Source: Octopus vulgaris | Lineage: Eukaryota | Reading direction: 5' to 3' | Assembly (NCBI GenBank): GCA_951406725.2 | Contig: OX597829.1 | Coordinates: 56,296,001-56,360,000 of the forward strand | Length of the DNA stretch: 64,000 nucleotides | In this document: piece after piece, positions 1 through 14,597 of the stretch | Position numbering within the stretch: position 1 is the stretch's first letter | How the letters are laid out: each line of letters starts with the position of its first letter | Position numbers and translations under genes: made by a program | The notes under the pieces: generated by a model | Seen by the model: the letters and a program-made list of their open reading frames with translations, nothing else | Databases searched by the model: none | Told to the model about the DNA's origin: nothing

Positions 1-249
1 AGCTGGATGCTTTTATGCAGCATAACAAGGTACTTTTATGTGACACCAGACAGGTGCTTTTATGTAACATTGCACGGGCACTTTTATGTGGCACCACAAG
101 GATCTTTTACGTAGCACTACTATGAGTGCTTTTCATCACCAGAGGGAATGGTCTTAACACTTCTGCTGCGGAAAATGTGTTTTCTTAAGTACAGTATCTA
201 GGTCCTTTTTCATCTTGCCTGAAAGGCTGCATATATATATATAATATAT

Positions 250-849
<600 letters not shown>

Positions 850-850
<1 letters not shown>

Positions 851-1706
851 TTCAGAACAGTTTCACTGTTGTGTAGCATGGCTGTTCATACACAGACAAC
901 ACACAATCTGCCTTTCACTCTGAGGGAAAGGCCCTTTGTTACCAACAAAGGTAGAGGCTCTCTGAACTTTTCCCATCCTATTCTTATTCTAGCAGCTACA
1001 CTCTCAAAGCATCCACCCTCACTTCTAACTTGATCACCAAGATAATAGAAGCTATCAACTACTTTGAGGTATACCTCCTGGCACTTGATGCCAGGGAAGT
1101 TTCTTTACATTTCTAGTGTTTATTGTTCCTGCACATCTGCCAAACACAAAGATTATTTTCCCTATTAACTCTTTCTCTGATATTGCTGCACCTCTTATGT
1201 TTCCATAGCTTACACCAGGTACATCTTATGAAGTTTCTACCTATGCTTTTTCTACAGATCGAGCAGGGGCCATCTACTTGAAGGGATTTGTGATTTGTTC
1301 TCTTTCCTACTTACTAAGACTTTTGTTTTTGCTAGATTATTCCTAAGGCCCTTTGATTCTAGATCTTGCTTCCACACCTGAAATTTCTTCTCTAATTCTG
1401 GAAGTGATTTGACTATGAGAAGAAGGTCATAAGCATAAAGGAACTCCCTGAGACAGCCCGTTTTAAAATTCTCCAGTTATTGCCTGGAGGACTGATCCTT
1501 GGTGAACCCCTACTTGTACCTTGAATTATCACTATACTCATTGCCAACCCTCATCTTGCTGACAGCATCCCTGTAAATGGCTTGTACAGCTGTCACCAAC
1601 CACTCATCTATGCCTAGTTTCTGCATAAGGTAGCAGGGGACACTTTCTTCATGTCAACAAAAGCCAAATACAGAGGTTTATTTTTGGCTAGGTACTTCTC
1701 CAGCCT
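850..1706 (-). mobile_element. Degenerate RTE LINE fragment (RT, PHD, C-terminal region)
   Basis: The reverse complement matches the plus-strand RTE copies at 39-40 kb (KYLAKNKPLYLAFVDM..., LYAYDL, WPCSICRK..., KGLSLRVKGRL), with stops and frameshifts. Confidence 0.9.
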
Positions 1707-2926
1707 TACATACATATACATATATATACATACATACATATATATCTATACATATATATATATACACCACCATAACTACCATCATCCTTTTAACAGCTCT
1801 TTTTCCATGCTTACATTCATCAACCCTAACCCTAACCCTATTATTGAGGCAGATCTTTCTGCAGGTTGACGGATGCCCTTCCTCATTTGTTTCCAAGCAA
1901 AGCAGTACTGTCTCTAGTTTTTCAAACACAAACACATTGGAGCCTGGTGCAGCCTTCTGGTTCGCCAGTCCTCAGTCAAACCATCCAACCCATGCCAGCA
2001 TGGAAAGCGGATGTTAAACAGTGACGATGATGATGATGATGATGAAACAGCATAATGACAAGACGTGTTTTCAAGGAACGACATGGTTCCTTGTAAGATG
2101 GTCACGTGCATTTATAATTAAAATGAAATCATAATCACCATCATTAATTAATGTCTGCTTTCCACATTGGCATGGGTTGGACAATTCAACAAAATCCGAC
2201 AATCAAGAGGCCACTCCAGGTTCCATATTCTGTTTTGGCAATGCTTCTGCAGCTGGGTGTCCTTAATGCTAACCATTCTACAGAGTGTACTGGGTGCTCT
2301 CTTCTTGTGTTACATCAGCACTGGTGACGTCAACAAGTAAGTTGCAAGACAAGACCCACCCACCCCCACAAGCATTATGCCAGGTAATGAGAGGTTAAAG
2401 TATGATAAAGGGACAGGAAGAGACATTTTGCTGAAGAGAAGAGGAAAAAGAAAAGGTGGAGAGCATACCTCAATGTAGAAGAAGATGAGAGAAAGAGAGA
2501 AAACAGAGGATTAAGAGAGGTGGGGGGAAGGAGGTGAACAGGAGTGGTGGCGTGGGTAAAGACGAATTTCAGTTTAGGGGAGAAGATAGGAGAAATAGCA
2601 GCAGGTGAGGGAGGAAGAGGGGTTAAGTGGGAGTAAAAGATAAAGGGTAATTTCTGTCAAATTTAGGAGATTTGCTTTTTTTTTAACATTGATGGACCTA
2701 CCGATTTATATGAAAAGACCCATTGCAGCTCAACTTTAATAAGGATATTAGGATCTGGCAAGAAATCATATGAAGAATGCACATTTATTACTTTCAAGCA
2801 GTTATTGAGGAATTCTTTATAACATCTGATTAATATCAATGCTTTACATTCTTCTCTACCACCAGCAAGAGCCTAATGAAGGACATTTGTATTGAAGACA
2901 AGGAATCCTGGAGTGAATTCCACATA

Positions 2927-2964
<38 letters not shown>

Positions 2965-2968
<4 letters not shown>

Positions 2969-3312
2969 GGTAAAGATCCCCTTCGGTCATGAATGAACAT
3001 GGGATTGCATCTAGGAAGTTCTCCTCCGAGGCACAAGCCCGGGCAAGATTGTTTTCCTGGAAGGCCAGCAGTAGCCCATGCCATACCAGCCTCCTCCTCT
3101 CCACGCTACCGATGTTATCCAAGGGAAAGACAAAAGCTGATACAGCTTGGCACCAGTGATACTGCAACTCATTTCTACAGCTGAGTGAATTGGAGCAACG
3201 TGAAATAAAATGTCTTGCTCAAGAACACAACACACAGCCCAGTCCAGGAATCGAACTCACTACCTCATGATTGTGAGCATGATGCTCTTACCACTGAGCC
3301 ATATACCTTCAC
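2965..3312 (-). mobile_element. tRNA-derived SINE (family also at about 57998-58270 and related heads at 10000-10300 and 63205-63500)
   Basis: Minus strand has A box TGGCTCAGTGG and B box GAGTTCGATTCC, then a conserved body (GTGTGTTGTGTTCTTGAGCAAGACA...). The 3' end abuts (TA)n. Confidence 0.85.
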
Positions 3313-3702
3313 ATCCATGTCTTTCAGATTCCCTCTGACTTTATTACTGAAATGAAGGAGAGGCCAACAGGTCAAATACCTGGACTCCAGTATTTTCCTT
3401 TAAGTTCCTTTCACTCACAATTTACAAAAGATGTCTACACAAGAATCCAACCAATTTTAGCTGCATATCTTCCATTTCTAGCCAGTTTTGTATCAGGGTA
3501 CTTTTGGGGACTAATTTTATCATTCCACACAAAGCTGTAGTCGGTACATATAAACATTGTCAAGACCCATGAGGTGTCTTGTACCCTCCCAAGATCCAAA
3601 CATGAACTTTGAAATAACTTTTCCCTGTATGCATCTCTTTTTGTGTGGCATATTAAGCCATAACTACATTCTGAGGGAGCACTTTAAATGCTAATCTGGT
3701 TT

Positions 3703-4000
3703 CATCATCGTTCATCGTTTAACGTCCGTTCTCCATGCTAGCATGGGTTGGACGGTTCGACCGGGGATCTGGGAAGCCAGAAGGCTGCACCAGGCTCCAG
3801 TCTTATCTGGCAATGTTTCTACAGCTGGATGCCCTTCCTAACGCCAACCACTCCGTGAGTGTAGTGGGTGCTTTTTACGTGCCACCTGCACAGGTGCCAG
3901 GCGAGGCTGGCAACGGCTACGGTCGGATTGGTGTATTTTATGTGCCACCGGCACGGATGCCAGTCGAGGCGGTGCTGGCATCGGCCACGAGTCGGATTAA
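3703..4000 (-). mobile_element. 5'-truncated young RTE LINE 3' end with (GAT)n tail
   Basis: Nearly identical to 50183-50463 and to the reverse complement of 30530-30790. Matches the 3' terminus of the long RTE copies. CpGs are retained. Confidence 0.9.
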
Positions 4001-4699
4001 ACTCAGTATCACCAATGAAACTACAGTGCAACAGGTCTAAAGAGTGAACTGCATTCTGCAGCTACCTATCAATGAGCATTAATTAACTGGCTGATATTAC
4101 ATGAATATCTGCTGGGCAAATCAACTGCAACTTCCAGGAATATAGTGGAACATCTTCCAAATCCCTGATGATCTAGTCATCACCACACTATAAGTCACAC
4201 TACTGGTTCTGTATGTTGATCTAAGATCCTTTTGGATAAAATAAGCAGTGATGAAATCAAATTAGATAACCTCATCTCCTACTTTCAAAGAAGCAGTGTG
4301 AAGTATTCCCGAAAAGAGAAAATAGTCAAGAACACATTGCTTCTTAATTAGTGTAGTTTCAGAATAAACATCAGACTGTTTACTTCCAAAATGGAAAATG
4401 ATTCCTAAGGTGTATATTGATTTGGTTATGGTTGATATAAGCCAAAGTTTTAATAATAGCAGAGAGAATAGTTAATAATCTGTGACAACCAGAAATAATA
4501 TCATTTTCAAAATGCAAATATGAAGCAAAGCTTTCCCAAATATGAAATCCTGTGGATTTCAAATTATCTAACCAACTTAATATTGCCTATCAGCATAGCA
4601 AACACATTTTAAAATCTCATTTCTGCACTCTTGTTTCAAATGCTAACCACTTCGGTAACCTCTCTTTGACAAATATTCTACTCTGAAATGACTCACACA

Positions 4700-4763
<64 letters not shown>

Positions 4764-4802
4764 GTATGTATGTGAATGTGTATTTATGTATGTATATATA
4801 TA

Positions 4803-5045
4803 ATCTTTTACTCTTTTACTTGTTTCAGTCATTTGATTGTGGTCATGCTGGAGCATCACCTTTAGTTGAGCAAATCGACCCCAGGACTTATTCTTTGTAA
4901 GCCTAGTACTTATTCTATCGGTCTATTACACCAAACCACTAAACTACAGGGACGCTAACACACTAACATCGGTTGTCAAGCGATGTTAGGGGGACAAACA
5001 AAGGCACACAAACACATACACACACACACACACACATACATATAT
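4803..5045 (-). mobile_element. 3' half of the microsatellite-containing tRNA SINE family
   Basis: Reverse complement of the 3' half of 33114-33640 and 54795-55207. Confidence 0.85.
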
Positions 5046-5109
5046 ATACCGAGGCAATGACTAGTGACCGAGACCTTTGGAAATATGCTGAGATGCACTT
5101 TATATATAT

Positions 5110-5525
5110 ATATCTGGTTTCCTGCATTCTTCCTCTTGAATATTCCATTAAAAAGAGTTGTAAAGCCAATGTAGGTAAAAGGCTTATTAGAGCTTACCAG
5201 CCCAATACCAGAGTTTTCAACAGAAAATTTAATGGAGGCTTTTTTGCAGAAGGTGTAGTACTTATGATTCTTTGGGAAATTCTCCTTCAGAATCTTAAAA
5301 AACGACTTAGGCAGATTTCTTACTCTAAGAGAAAAGGTGGTGGGGACCAGATGACTTCCCATATTCTCAAACGTGAGCTCTTCAGTATACTTATCTCCTC
5401 ATGGCTACTATTTCATTTCCAGTATCTACTCCTAAAATCTCCATATACGTATCTAACGGATGGTCTACATTGGATGCAATCAGTTAATGCATTGCGTTTC
5501 TCAAAACTTTCTGTGACATGCAATG
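5110..5525 (-). mobile_element. Penelope-like element ORF fragment (RT-to-GIY-YIG linker)
   Basis: Minus frames give VIWSPPPF... and KSFFKILKENFPKNHKYY...IKFS, resembling the PLE motif IIWFNPPFS...FPKNHKY. Flanked by (TA)n on both sides. Confidence 0.7.
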
Positions 5526-5527
5526 TG

Positions 5528-5588
<61 letters not shown>

Positions 5589-6169
5589 CAGCCAGTAAGA
5601 TGGTAACCTAGTACAATCTGTCATATGGTCAGGGCATTGGCAACTAAACCAGCAATCTTATCAAGCCTGCTTGGTAAGGAGGCTGGGTTTAGTTGGATAT
5701 TCCTCCAGGTGAAAAAAAAACCTGTCAAAAGTGTTTGATGACCTCAGGCCATCTATTAAATGTGAGAGAGAGACCCCAAGTCTATGTTTAGAAATCTCAC
5801 TAGAAAAAGAAAAACTCTTGCATAATACCTGCAATTTCATTTGCATTCAATGACACAGATTATTTCTTTTTGAGCAAATGTATGTCATTTGCAGAGTGGA
5901 ATTGGCTCTGTGCAAAGCAATAGCATAGACCGCACTTGATTTTTTAATATCTCTCTTGTGTGTTGCATACTATGGTTGGCTGCAACCAAAAAATGCAAAA
6001 CACTCAAAGAAAAATTACAATAATTTACAGACAAATGGGAACAAGGACTCTGGAACAGATAGGGAAAGGATCTAGCTCAGGTGGTGTTCCAAAGCACTAC
6101 AGCCAGTGCCTGATTGCCATCTTGTTATTATGTGAAAGTTCAGACCTTTGAATATAGATGGCTGGAATA

Positions 6170-7940
6170 TTTTCACCTTATTAGATTATAAATCCATTAC
6201 AACATGCTCTGTTGTAGAAGATTGGTGCTTTTAGGAAAGGAATCACTGTGACATAACATGGATGTGATGACCTTGTCTGAGAGTTTGTAAAGACAGTCAC
6301 TGTACAGAACAACATGGTGGCTACATATTTCATTGGAGTGAGAGAGCAGAAGAGTTGCAAGAAGGAGGCTGGTGTAGTACTAGTGATAAAGAATTTCATT
6401 GTTTCTAATCTGGAAGAGCTTCCATATGGATTTACTGATTACCAGATGTCAATGAGGATGCTATTGTCAAAGAACGGATTAGATACTCTAAGAGAGTGTC
6501 TACACAGCAGCCATGCATCCCTCTGAAGATTCGAAAAAAAAACTTTATTTTTTATCTTTCATGACAAGACCCTGTCTGCAATCTAGTTTTCAAAATTCCT
6601 TATGATAATAAAGTTTGTCCTTATGATAATAAAGTCACTCAGTGACTTCAATGCTAGAGTTGTTAAGGAGAACTAAAGTTAGGATGTAAGTGGAAAGCAT
6701 TGAGTTGGAAAGTGCAATAGAAATCAATAGCTTGTTGCTGTTTTCAAATGTGTCAGGTGTTGGATTTCTGCACAACAAACAGTCAGATACAAAACAACCT
6801 GGATACATCTCGGCTCAAAACAGCAACATATGATTGATTTTGTTCTTGTTCGTAGGCAAGATGTTTATGATGTGGGTGGTGGGGGTAGTTTATGCAGGAA
6901 GCTGAATGTTGGCCCGACCATTGTCTTGTTTGTACAAAGGTGAGGCTAGAAAACCAAAAGTAGGAACCAAAGAAATCGAATATGAAACGTCTGAAAGATG
7001 ATGCCATTAAGGGGAGTTGGAGAGCAGAATGGACAATATTCATCTCAAAGAGACCAAAACATCCTTACATGGCATTTGCAAAGATTTTCTGGGATTAGTG
7101 GAAAGAAAACAGCAAGATTGATTTTGTGAAAATGAAGAAGTCCAGGCAGCGTTAAATGAAAAGATATTCTTGTGAGGTGGTGAGAACAACTTTTGAATAG
7201 ATGTTCAAATTGATGAGAAGTTTCTTGGTTTGATGCTCTGTATGCCTGCAAAAGAAGATACCAACAAGGTGGACTTGTATCAAGTCTTTCTTGATTTAAG
7301 GCTTTTGGGTACTGTGAATAGAAATGCCTCTTGGGACATTCTGAGAAAGGTTGGGTGTCCTGGAAAGTTTGTCTCTATGCTTAGATTTTTCCATTATGAA
7401 ATGATAATCTTGGATTAACATGGGCAGTAAGTTCTCTCATACAATTTTGGTTGAAAGTGCAATAAAAACAATGGAATTAACCAGTGCCAATTCTGTTTGC
7501 ATCATAATATGTTATGGTTTTTTTGGTGGTTTTTGAGAGTTGCTTGCATGAAGTTTACATCAGATACTAAACGACTGTAAATGGTTTGCTGCCAAAAGGA
7601 AACTCTTTCCATCACTAACACACAACTTCCTGTATGCTGATGTCTGTGTTCTCTTGTTCTCTCAGTAACATGGAGTATCTTTTGGACTCCTTCCCAAACA
7701 GCATGCAGTGGAATGAAGAGAACAATCAGCCTAACAACAAGAGAGCTGCAATGCATCAACCTGCACCAGGTAAAGCCTGCTCTCAGCCAAACGTTTGTGT
7801 GAATGGAGAGAAATTGAAAATTGAGGTTGAATTCATGTATTCAGGTATTACTGTGAATATGACGAAATACTTTTGATGATGAAATCATCCTCCACATCAA
7901 TAAAGCCAGTGATGCATTCAGAAAATCTCAAGTCATATAT
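6170..7940 (+). mobile_element. Old degenerate RTE/BovB-like LINE (APE endonuclease and RT remnants), a second family
   Basis: Fragments: SNLEELPYGFTDYQMSMRM, HMIDFVLVRRQD, CWPDHCLV, LYQVFLDL..TVNRNASWDILRKVGCPGKFVSMLRFFH, HQPAPGKACSQPNVCVNGEKLK. Confidence 0.8.
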
Positions 7941-8007
7941 GACTTGAAATGTTTGATGTCCCGTTTAACAATTATATTTATGTATGTGTATATATATGTA
8001 TGTATGT

Positions 8008-8154
8008 CATCATCATCATCATCATCGTTTAGCGTCTGCTTTCCATGCTAGCATGGGTTGGACGGTTCAACTGGGGTCTGGGGAGCCAGAAGGCTGCACC
8101 AGGCCAGTCAGATCTGGCAGTGTTTCTACAGCTGGATGCCCTTCCTAACGCCAA
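8008..8154 (-). mobile_element. RTE 3'-terminal fragment with (GAT)n tail
   Basis: Same terminal ~150 nt as the other RTE tails. Further copies at about 9565-9990, 14000-14155, 23690-23955, 25210-25627 and 61915-62095. Confidence 0.85.
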
Positions 8155-8187
8155 TATATATATATGTGTATATATATATATATGTAT

Positions 8188-8228
<41 letters not shown>

Positions 8229-8270
8229 TGTATGTGTGTGTGTATATATATATATATGTATGTATGTATG

Positions 8271-8321
<51 letters not shown>

Positions 8322-8384
8322 AATATATATATATGTATATGTATGTATGTATGTGTGTGTGTGTGTGTGTGTATGTATATATAT

Positions 8385-8545
8385 ATACAACGGGCTTCTT
8401 TCAGTTTCCATCTACCAAATCCATTCACAAGGCTCTGGTCGGCCTGAGGCTGTAGTAGAAGGTACTTTCCCAAGGTGCCGCGCAGTGGGACTGAACCTGG
8501 AACCATGTGGTTGGAAAGCGAGCTTCTTAGCACACAAGCTACACC
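8385..8545 (-). mobile_element. 5' half of the microsatellite-containing tRNA SINE
   Basis: Reverse complement of 33114-33280. B-box-like GGTTCAGTCCC. Confidence 0.85.
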
Positions 8546-8964
8546 TCAATAGTAGAACCAGCAACAGAGGAGAATGTATTGCCTTTCCCAAGATGACGAT
8601 GATGATGATGATGATGTTATTGCTCATCACGTCTTTCAGACTTCCTCACTCTCTCTTTCTCTTTTTTATTAAGTTAAAAACTCAGTGATACATGTTGTTG
8701 TTGTTGTTGTTGTTATGGAAGTGGTCGTTGTGGTGGGCAGCAATGTATTGTGTCTTTTCGAGCTTTGTCTTGTAACGTGTTGGGCTGTATTTCAGAAGTA
8801 GGAGAAAACAGTGTGAGGGACGGTGTGAGTTGGCCACAAGTGAAGGGGAGGAGGAAAGAGAGAACAACGGAGGAACAAGGAAACTGACAAGCAGTGGAAG
8901 GGGGAGGGGGGAGGGTAATAAACTGATAAAAGTTACATAAGTTACAGAGTGGATGGAGCGTATG

Positions 8965-8999
<35 letters not shown>

Positions 9000-9001
<2 letters not shown>

Positions 9002-9310
9002 ACACACATACATACATACATACATACACACATACATACATACATACATACACAAATACATACATACATACATACACAAATACATACATACATACATACA
9101 TACATACATACATACATACACAAATACATACATACATACATACATACATACATACATACATGCATACATACATACATACATACATAATACCTACATACAT
9201 ACATACATACATACATACATACATACATACATACATACATACATACATACACAAATACATACATACATACATACATACATACATACATACATACATGCAT
9301 ACATACATAT
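9000..9310. repeat. (CATA)n tetranucleotide microsatellite
   Basis: Direct reading. It produces the spurious YIHT and MYVC ORFs. Confidence 0.95.
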
Positions 9311-10367
9311 ATAAATATATGTACTAAAACACACATACAAACTCTCACATATTCACAATCATCTTGCATCACACACACACACACATATGCACACAAACAC
9401 ACGGAGAGCCATAACTACGGTTAAAAGGAAAAACTAGATAAGCAGTTGGTAGGGGGGGGAGAGGTAAGAAAATATCAGATTTATATTACATCACCAAATG
9501 TGTGTGTGGTTTTGTGTGTGTGTGTGTGAAAGTATATATGATATATATATATACATATATATATCATCATCATCATCGTTGTAGTTTAACATTTGCTTTC
9601 CATGCTGGCATGGGTTGGACAATTTGACTGAGAACTGGTAAACCAGAAGGCTACACCAGGCCCCAGTCTGATTTGGCAAGGTTTCTACAACTGGATGCCC
9701 TTCCTAAAGCCAACCACTCCAAGAGTGTAGTGGGTGTTATTTACGTGCCACTGACACAGGAGCCAGTTAGGAGGCGTTGGCATCGGCCATGCTCAAGTGG
9801 TACATTTTACGTGCCCCTGACACAGATGTCAGTCAGGTGGCACTGACATCAACCATGCTCAAATGGTGCTTTTTACGTGTCACTGGCATGGGGGATCGTC
9901 ATGCAGCACTGGCATCGGCCACACTCAAATGGTGCTTTGTCAGGCAGCACTGACATTGGCCATACTCAAATGGTGGTTTTTATGTGCCAGTCAGGCGAAG
10001 GCACGTGGCTTGGTGGTTAGGATGTTGCACTCAGGATTGCAAGATCACAGTCTCAATTCCCAGACTGAGCATTGCATTGTGTTCTTGTGCAAAACACTTC
10101 ATTTCATGTTGCTCTGCAATCTTTCATCATCGAACGTGTGGCATGTCTTGCACCTGTACAGGTAATGTTGATTTGATAAAGAGAGAGAGCTAATGTCCAA
10201 CACATACATTTTGATCACTCTAAACAAATTATCTATGCAGGTCAGTCAGCAAGAAACTACAGAACCTTCAAACACGATTTAACAAGAGAAGAGTCCATCA
10301 AGATAAAATATTATATAATATATTGTATTATATTACTGTCATATTATATTGTATAATATTAATGTCA

Positions 10368-11000
10368 TCTAGTATATATAAATCACAGTATGTGTGTGTG
10401 TATAATTACTAACGTATATATTTCCACAATTTTCAACCGATTTTCACCAAACTTTACACATACATTACTTATGGTCATGCACTATAATATTTTGCCCAGA
10501 GTTCCCGCGTAATTGGACGTAAATGGACATAGTTTTTTTGCATGTAGAGTCTTCCATACTTTTTTAACCTTTTTATAAAAGTGAAAGGATTTTGTCTATT
10601 AATTTCTGCTGTCCACTTACGATCGTGATTCAACTGATTAGGAAAACTATGTATGCGTGATGAATATTCAATACCAAACAATCTTAATCTCCATATCTAA
10701 ACTGCATTAAACTTTGGCAAGCTTACCTTTACCTATTCTGAGTTACTTGAAAGGTGACATTTCCTCCCCTCTCTTCTATTTGTTGATCCCTTTGTTTACC
10801 TTTGATACTATTGTTTCACTTTAAGAACTCTTATTTACTCATCCGTTATGATATTTCGACTGCGGTCCATTGTTTCAAATACATTTTTTAGCATTGTCGT
10901 TCCATCCCTTTTTAAACAATCACATTTGATTCATCTCAAAGAATCAACCTTTAAATAAGAGTTTTCCTTCCACTGGTGAAAGATGTACATATCTTTCAGA
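10368..11000 (+). mobile_element. Possible non-autonomous Helitron-like 5' portion
   Basis: a|TCTAGTATATATAAA start, then (TG)n, then TTCAACCGATTTTCACCAAACTTT, a layout typical of animal non-autonomous Helitrons. A candidate 3' hairpin lies at 14705-14732. Confidence 0.4.
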
Positions 11001-11073
11001 AAGCTCCATGCCAATTTAACTTTATGCAGCATTTGCTTATGCACAAACTATGTGGGAAGACAAGATAAAGGAG

Positions 11074-11671
11074 TGTAGTGATCCTATAACGGTGCGCGCT
11101 CGCGCACCGTCCATTTGTATTTCGCGCGTGTTGGTGCCTTTACCAAGGCACAGAAAGGAAGGGCCCTCTCGCGCATGTGTGAACCACTGGAAGCACGACC
11201 CTGGCCAAGGCAGGGGGATCGTAGAACATTTGACCACTGGCAGCAGCAGCGGCGACTTGGGACAGCAGCGACCTAAGGAGCAGGACGTTAATATTTTCTC
11301 TCCGTTCGAACTGATTCTAGCAGTCCTTACCAAAAGGCCTTTAACCAAATTGTTGCAGACCAACATCGTCTCCATTGTTCGACGCCATCTTGAATCCGTT
11401 TCTGTTTTTGGCGGCTGAATATTGTAAATATTACAATCGATTAACTTTCAGCCTTGCGCGCCCAGAACCAAGGACATCAGATAACACACTTATTGTTATT
11501 GTTACCAAGAAAGAGAATAAAGTAGTATATATATATTTTACGTCTGCGTCTTGTTGTTTCTGACTAGTAGAATTCTGGATTATTAAAGCAACGGCTAGTG
11601 AGTGATTGCTTTCTTGTACCCCGAAAGTACAAGACAAGATATTCACACACACTCACTCTAAGATCGTTACA
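11074..11671 (+). mobile_element. Solo LTR (Gypsy-like), 598 bp, 4-bp TSD GGAG
   Basis: TGTAGTGATC...GATCGTTACA termini (TG..CA, 8/10 inverted match). GGAG at 11070-11073 and 11672-11675. AATAAA at about 11516. CpG-rich. Confidence 0.85.
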
Positions 11672-12329
11672 GGAGCTTTTTGTTAGCTTATCTCCCCCCA
11701 AAATATAGCTCCTTTTGTTGTTGAAAAAAAATAAACTCACAGAAGGGAAGTTTCAACATATTCCTTCGATTTCATTACACCATTTATGTGGCTCTTTCTG
11801 ACAAAATTTTTCGCTTTCATATAAAACATCTGTTGTCTGAAATCTACTCCCAAAACACTTCAGTAGTTCTGCTTTGCATTGCTTGCAAACTTATATGTTC
11901 TATCATCATTAAAGTGCAACAATAACCAGACTTCAATTTGATATTCCATTCCTAGGTTAATTAGAAGCATAGATTGCCATGTTACTTGTAAACCTTCTCA
12001 GTAGTTCAATTATTTAGTGAAAAAAATACTACCAAAACAACTTAAACCGTCAGAAGGACAGGTGTGTTTGCTAGTATTATGTAATATATTATATAATATT
12101 AATGCTCTATTATATTATATTATGTTGTGTTATACATTAATGGTAAATACTTTGAAGTTTCTCTGTTGAAATTGGTTTCACAAAGCATGATTAGTGAAAT
12201 AACAACAGAAATCTATTAAATTAGAAGGCAGACAGATATCAGAGCCTCTAGAAGTTTTGCAATAAGACTAGTTTTGGGTTCTGTCAAATATTCACTGACA
12301 CTTCTTTGGTTCTCTGGTTTCCCAGACCA

Positions 12330-12880
12330 ATATACCAGCTGAACCCACCTCTTATAGAATCCCGTTAGCTTTCTATAGATGTTCATCTTTTCCTTCAGTT
12401 TACAAATGACATGCTCCCCTCCTGGGCCCCCTCCTAGCCTCAACAGTAGCACATGATTTTTGCTCCTGACCCATTCAATAATATCAGGCTTATAAACAAG
12501 GTCGCTGCTCTTATTAGAATGTTCAACCAGTATTTTCCGTTTTCAGAGGTGTGAATACATTTGAGTCTAATGTGCCTTTCGAATGACCACCAGAACAATC
12601 CTCCTCGAAGATAGCACCGTAAACAATGCTGTGTCTCATGGAAAAAATAGTAGCTTGCCAGTATGTTTGGACAGTTGTAGATGACGTGGGTGATATCTAT
12701 CATTTTGGCACAATCAACATTCATCTAGTATCACAATGTGGACGCTTAGGGGCTATTTTAACTCTGTTATTGATCAAGTATTCAGTTGCTATCGCCTGGT
12801 CCTGCATAGCAAAGATGTAACTTGCCATGCAAGATACGACGTATCCATCACTGGCCCAGGGGAGGCTACTCTTCTTTTCA
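12330..12880 (-). mobile_element. Degenerate Dong/R4-clade non-LTR retrotransposon fragment (zinc knuckle and RLE region)
   Basis: YIFAMQDQAIATEYLINNR...HCDTR...DITHVIYNCPNILASYY...KYWLNILIR...KLKEKMNIY, homologous to the better copy at 50.5-51.5 kb. Confidence 0.7.
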
Positions 12881-13146
12881 ATGTTCCTGTTTATTGACGT
12901 ATACACATGTGTGTGTGCGAATATGTATGAATGTATGTCTGTATGCTTGTGTGTAAATGAGAAGGTATGTATATTTGTAAGTGAGTGTGTGTGTGTATGT
13001 GTTATGCGTATTGTCTTAACATAAGCTGCAAAGTTAAAGCAGAGAATGATATTAAAGGAGATGAAGAAACACTGAAATTTAACAAATGTCAGTGGCTGAG
13101 TAAAGAAACAGCAGCTTTCAGGCAGTCGTTCGAACAGCTAGCCTCA

Positions 13147-13217
<71 letters not shown>

Positions 13218-13573
13218 ATGCACACACGCTGGTGGTGTGTAAAGATATCTGTGCCAGCACCACGTAATAAGCACCCACGCTGGCATCATGTGGAAAGCAC
13301 TTGTGGCTGGGCCAAATAAAGAGCACTTGTGCTGGTGCTGTGTGAAAAGTAGCCATGCCTGGTCCCATGTGAAAAATCACTTTGCAGACTCTGCAAAGTG
13401 GTTGGTATTAGGAAGAGCATCCAGTCCATAGAAGCCATGCCAAAGCAGACTGGAACCAGGGACAGCTTTCCAGCTCTAATTAACCTATTGAACCCATGCC
13501 AGCATGGAAAACAGACATTAAGTGATGATGATGATGACGATGATGATGACCAAATGTGCACACACACACACAA

Positions 13574-13614
<41 letters not shown>

Positions 13615-14551
13615 TGTTATTATACACAGGCTACTCATACATGTGTATAAACAGATACTGATACACATTCACAGATTTACACACATTCATAGTCATGCAT
13701 GCTGGACAGACACCAATCTACCTCACACAGATGCACACATGCACATACATGCACATACATACATACATACACGTTAAACAAACCGCTTTGTGATTCTGGC
13801 TCTTCAAGTTCTGAAATCTCAAGCATGAGTGGTAGCTTTGTCCCGGTTATAAAGTCAAATAAACACACAACTCACAATCGGTTCTCTCTCTCTTTCCCTC
13901 TCCCTCCCTCTTTCACACTCACACACATGTCTGTGCGTTTTATACTAACCAAAATGCAAGCCATTGCCTTGGAGTAAAAACTCAGGAAATTAATGAGTTC
14001 ATCATCATCATCATCATCATCATCGTTTAATGTCTGTATTCCATGCTAGCATGGGTTGGACAGTTCGACCGGGGTCTGAGAAGCCAGGAGGCTGCACCAG
14101 GCTCCAGTCTGATCTGGCAGTGTTTCTACAGCTGGATGCCCTTCCTAACGCCAAACATTTCAGGAACTGGTTTCTGTCCCAAAGGAACTGTAAACTACTA
14201 AAGTAAGTTTTCAACTCAAGACCCCCTACAATGTGTGTGTATTTCAAAGCTTTGAGTGAAGATTTCTGGGTTTTAAGCCTCAGGCATAATGATGTTTTGC
14301 AAATAAGGATGAGGTGGGTGAGAGGGGAGGTCACAATTTTGATTTTTTTTTTTTTTTTTTCATTCTTCATCTGCCCCATTGGGATGGATACAACCAACCA
14401 TAACATTTTCATTTTTGAATTGTATTCTTGAAAATTCTTTTCAGAACAACAAGGTTGAAAGCGTTCCATTTGTGAATGTTTTCATCTAATTCCTTTGTAG
14501 AATAATAATCTACTGCTTAAAACAAAAATTTAAAGAAACTTTAAAAACAAA

Positions 14552-14597
<46 letters not shown>

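Noticed and set aside
1822-1840. (CCCTAA)x3 telomere-like repeat
   Set aside because: Too short to indicate a telomere or healing event, and it lies within repeat debris.
4973-5611. 212-aa plus-strand ORF
   Set aside because: It crosses SINE, RTE, microsatellite and the antisense strand of a Penelope fragment.
8045-9402. Long ORFs up to 229 aa rich in YI, MYVC and HTYI (also at 27 kb, 33 kb, 51-52 kb and 55-56 kb)
   Set aside because: They are translations of (TA)n, (CATA)n and (CA)n microsatellites, which lack stop codons.
11050-11418. 122-aa and 112-aa ORFs in the GC-rich block
   Set aside because: They lie within the solo LTR and show no protein motifs.
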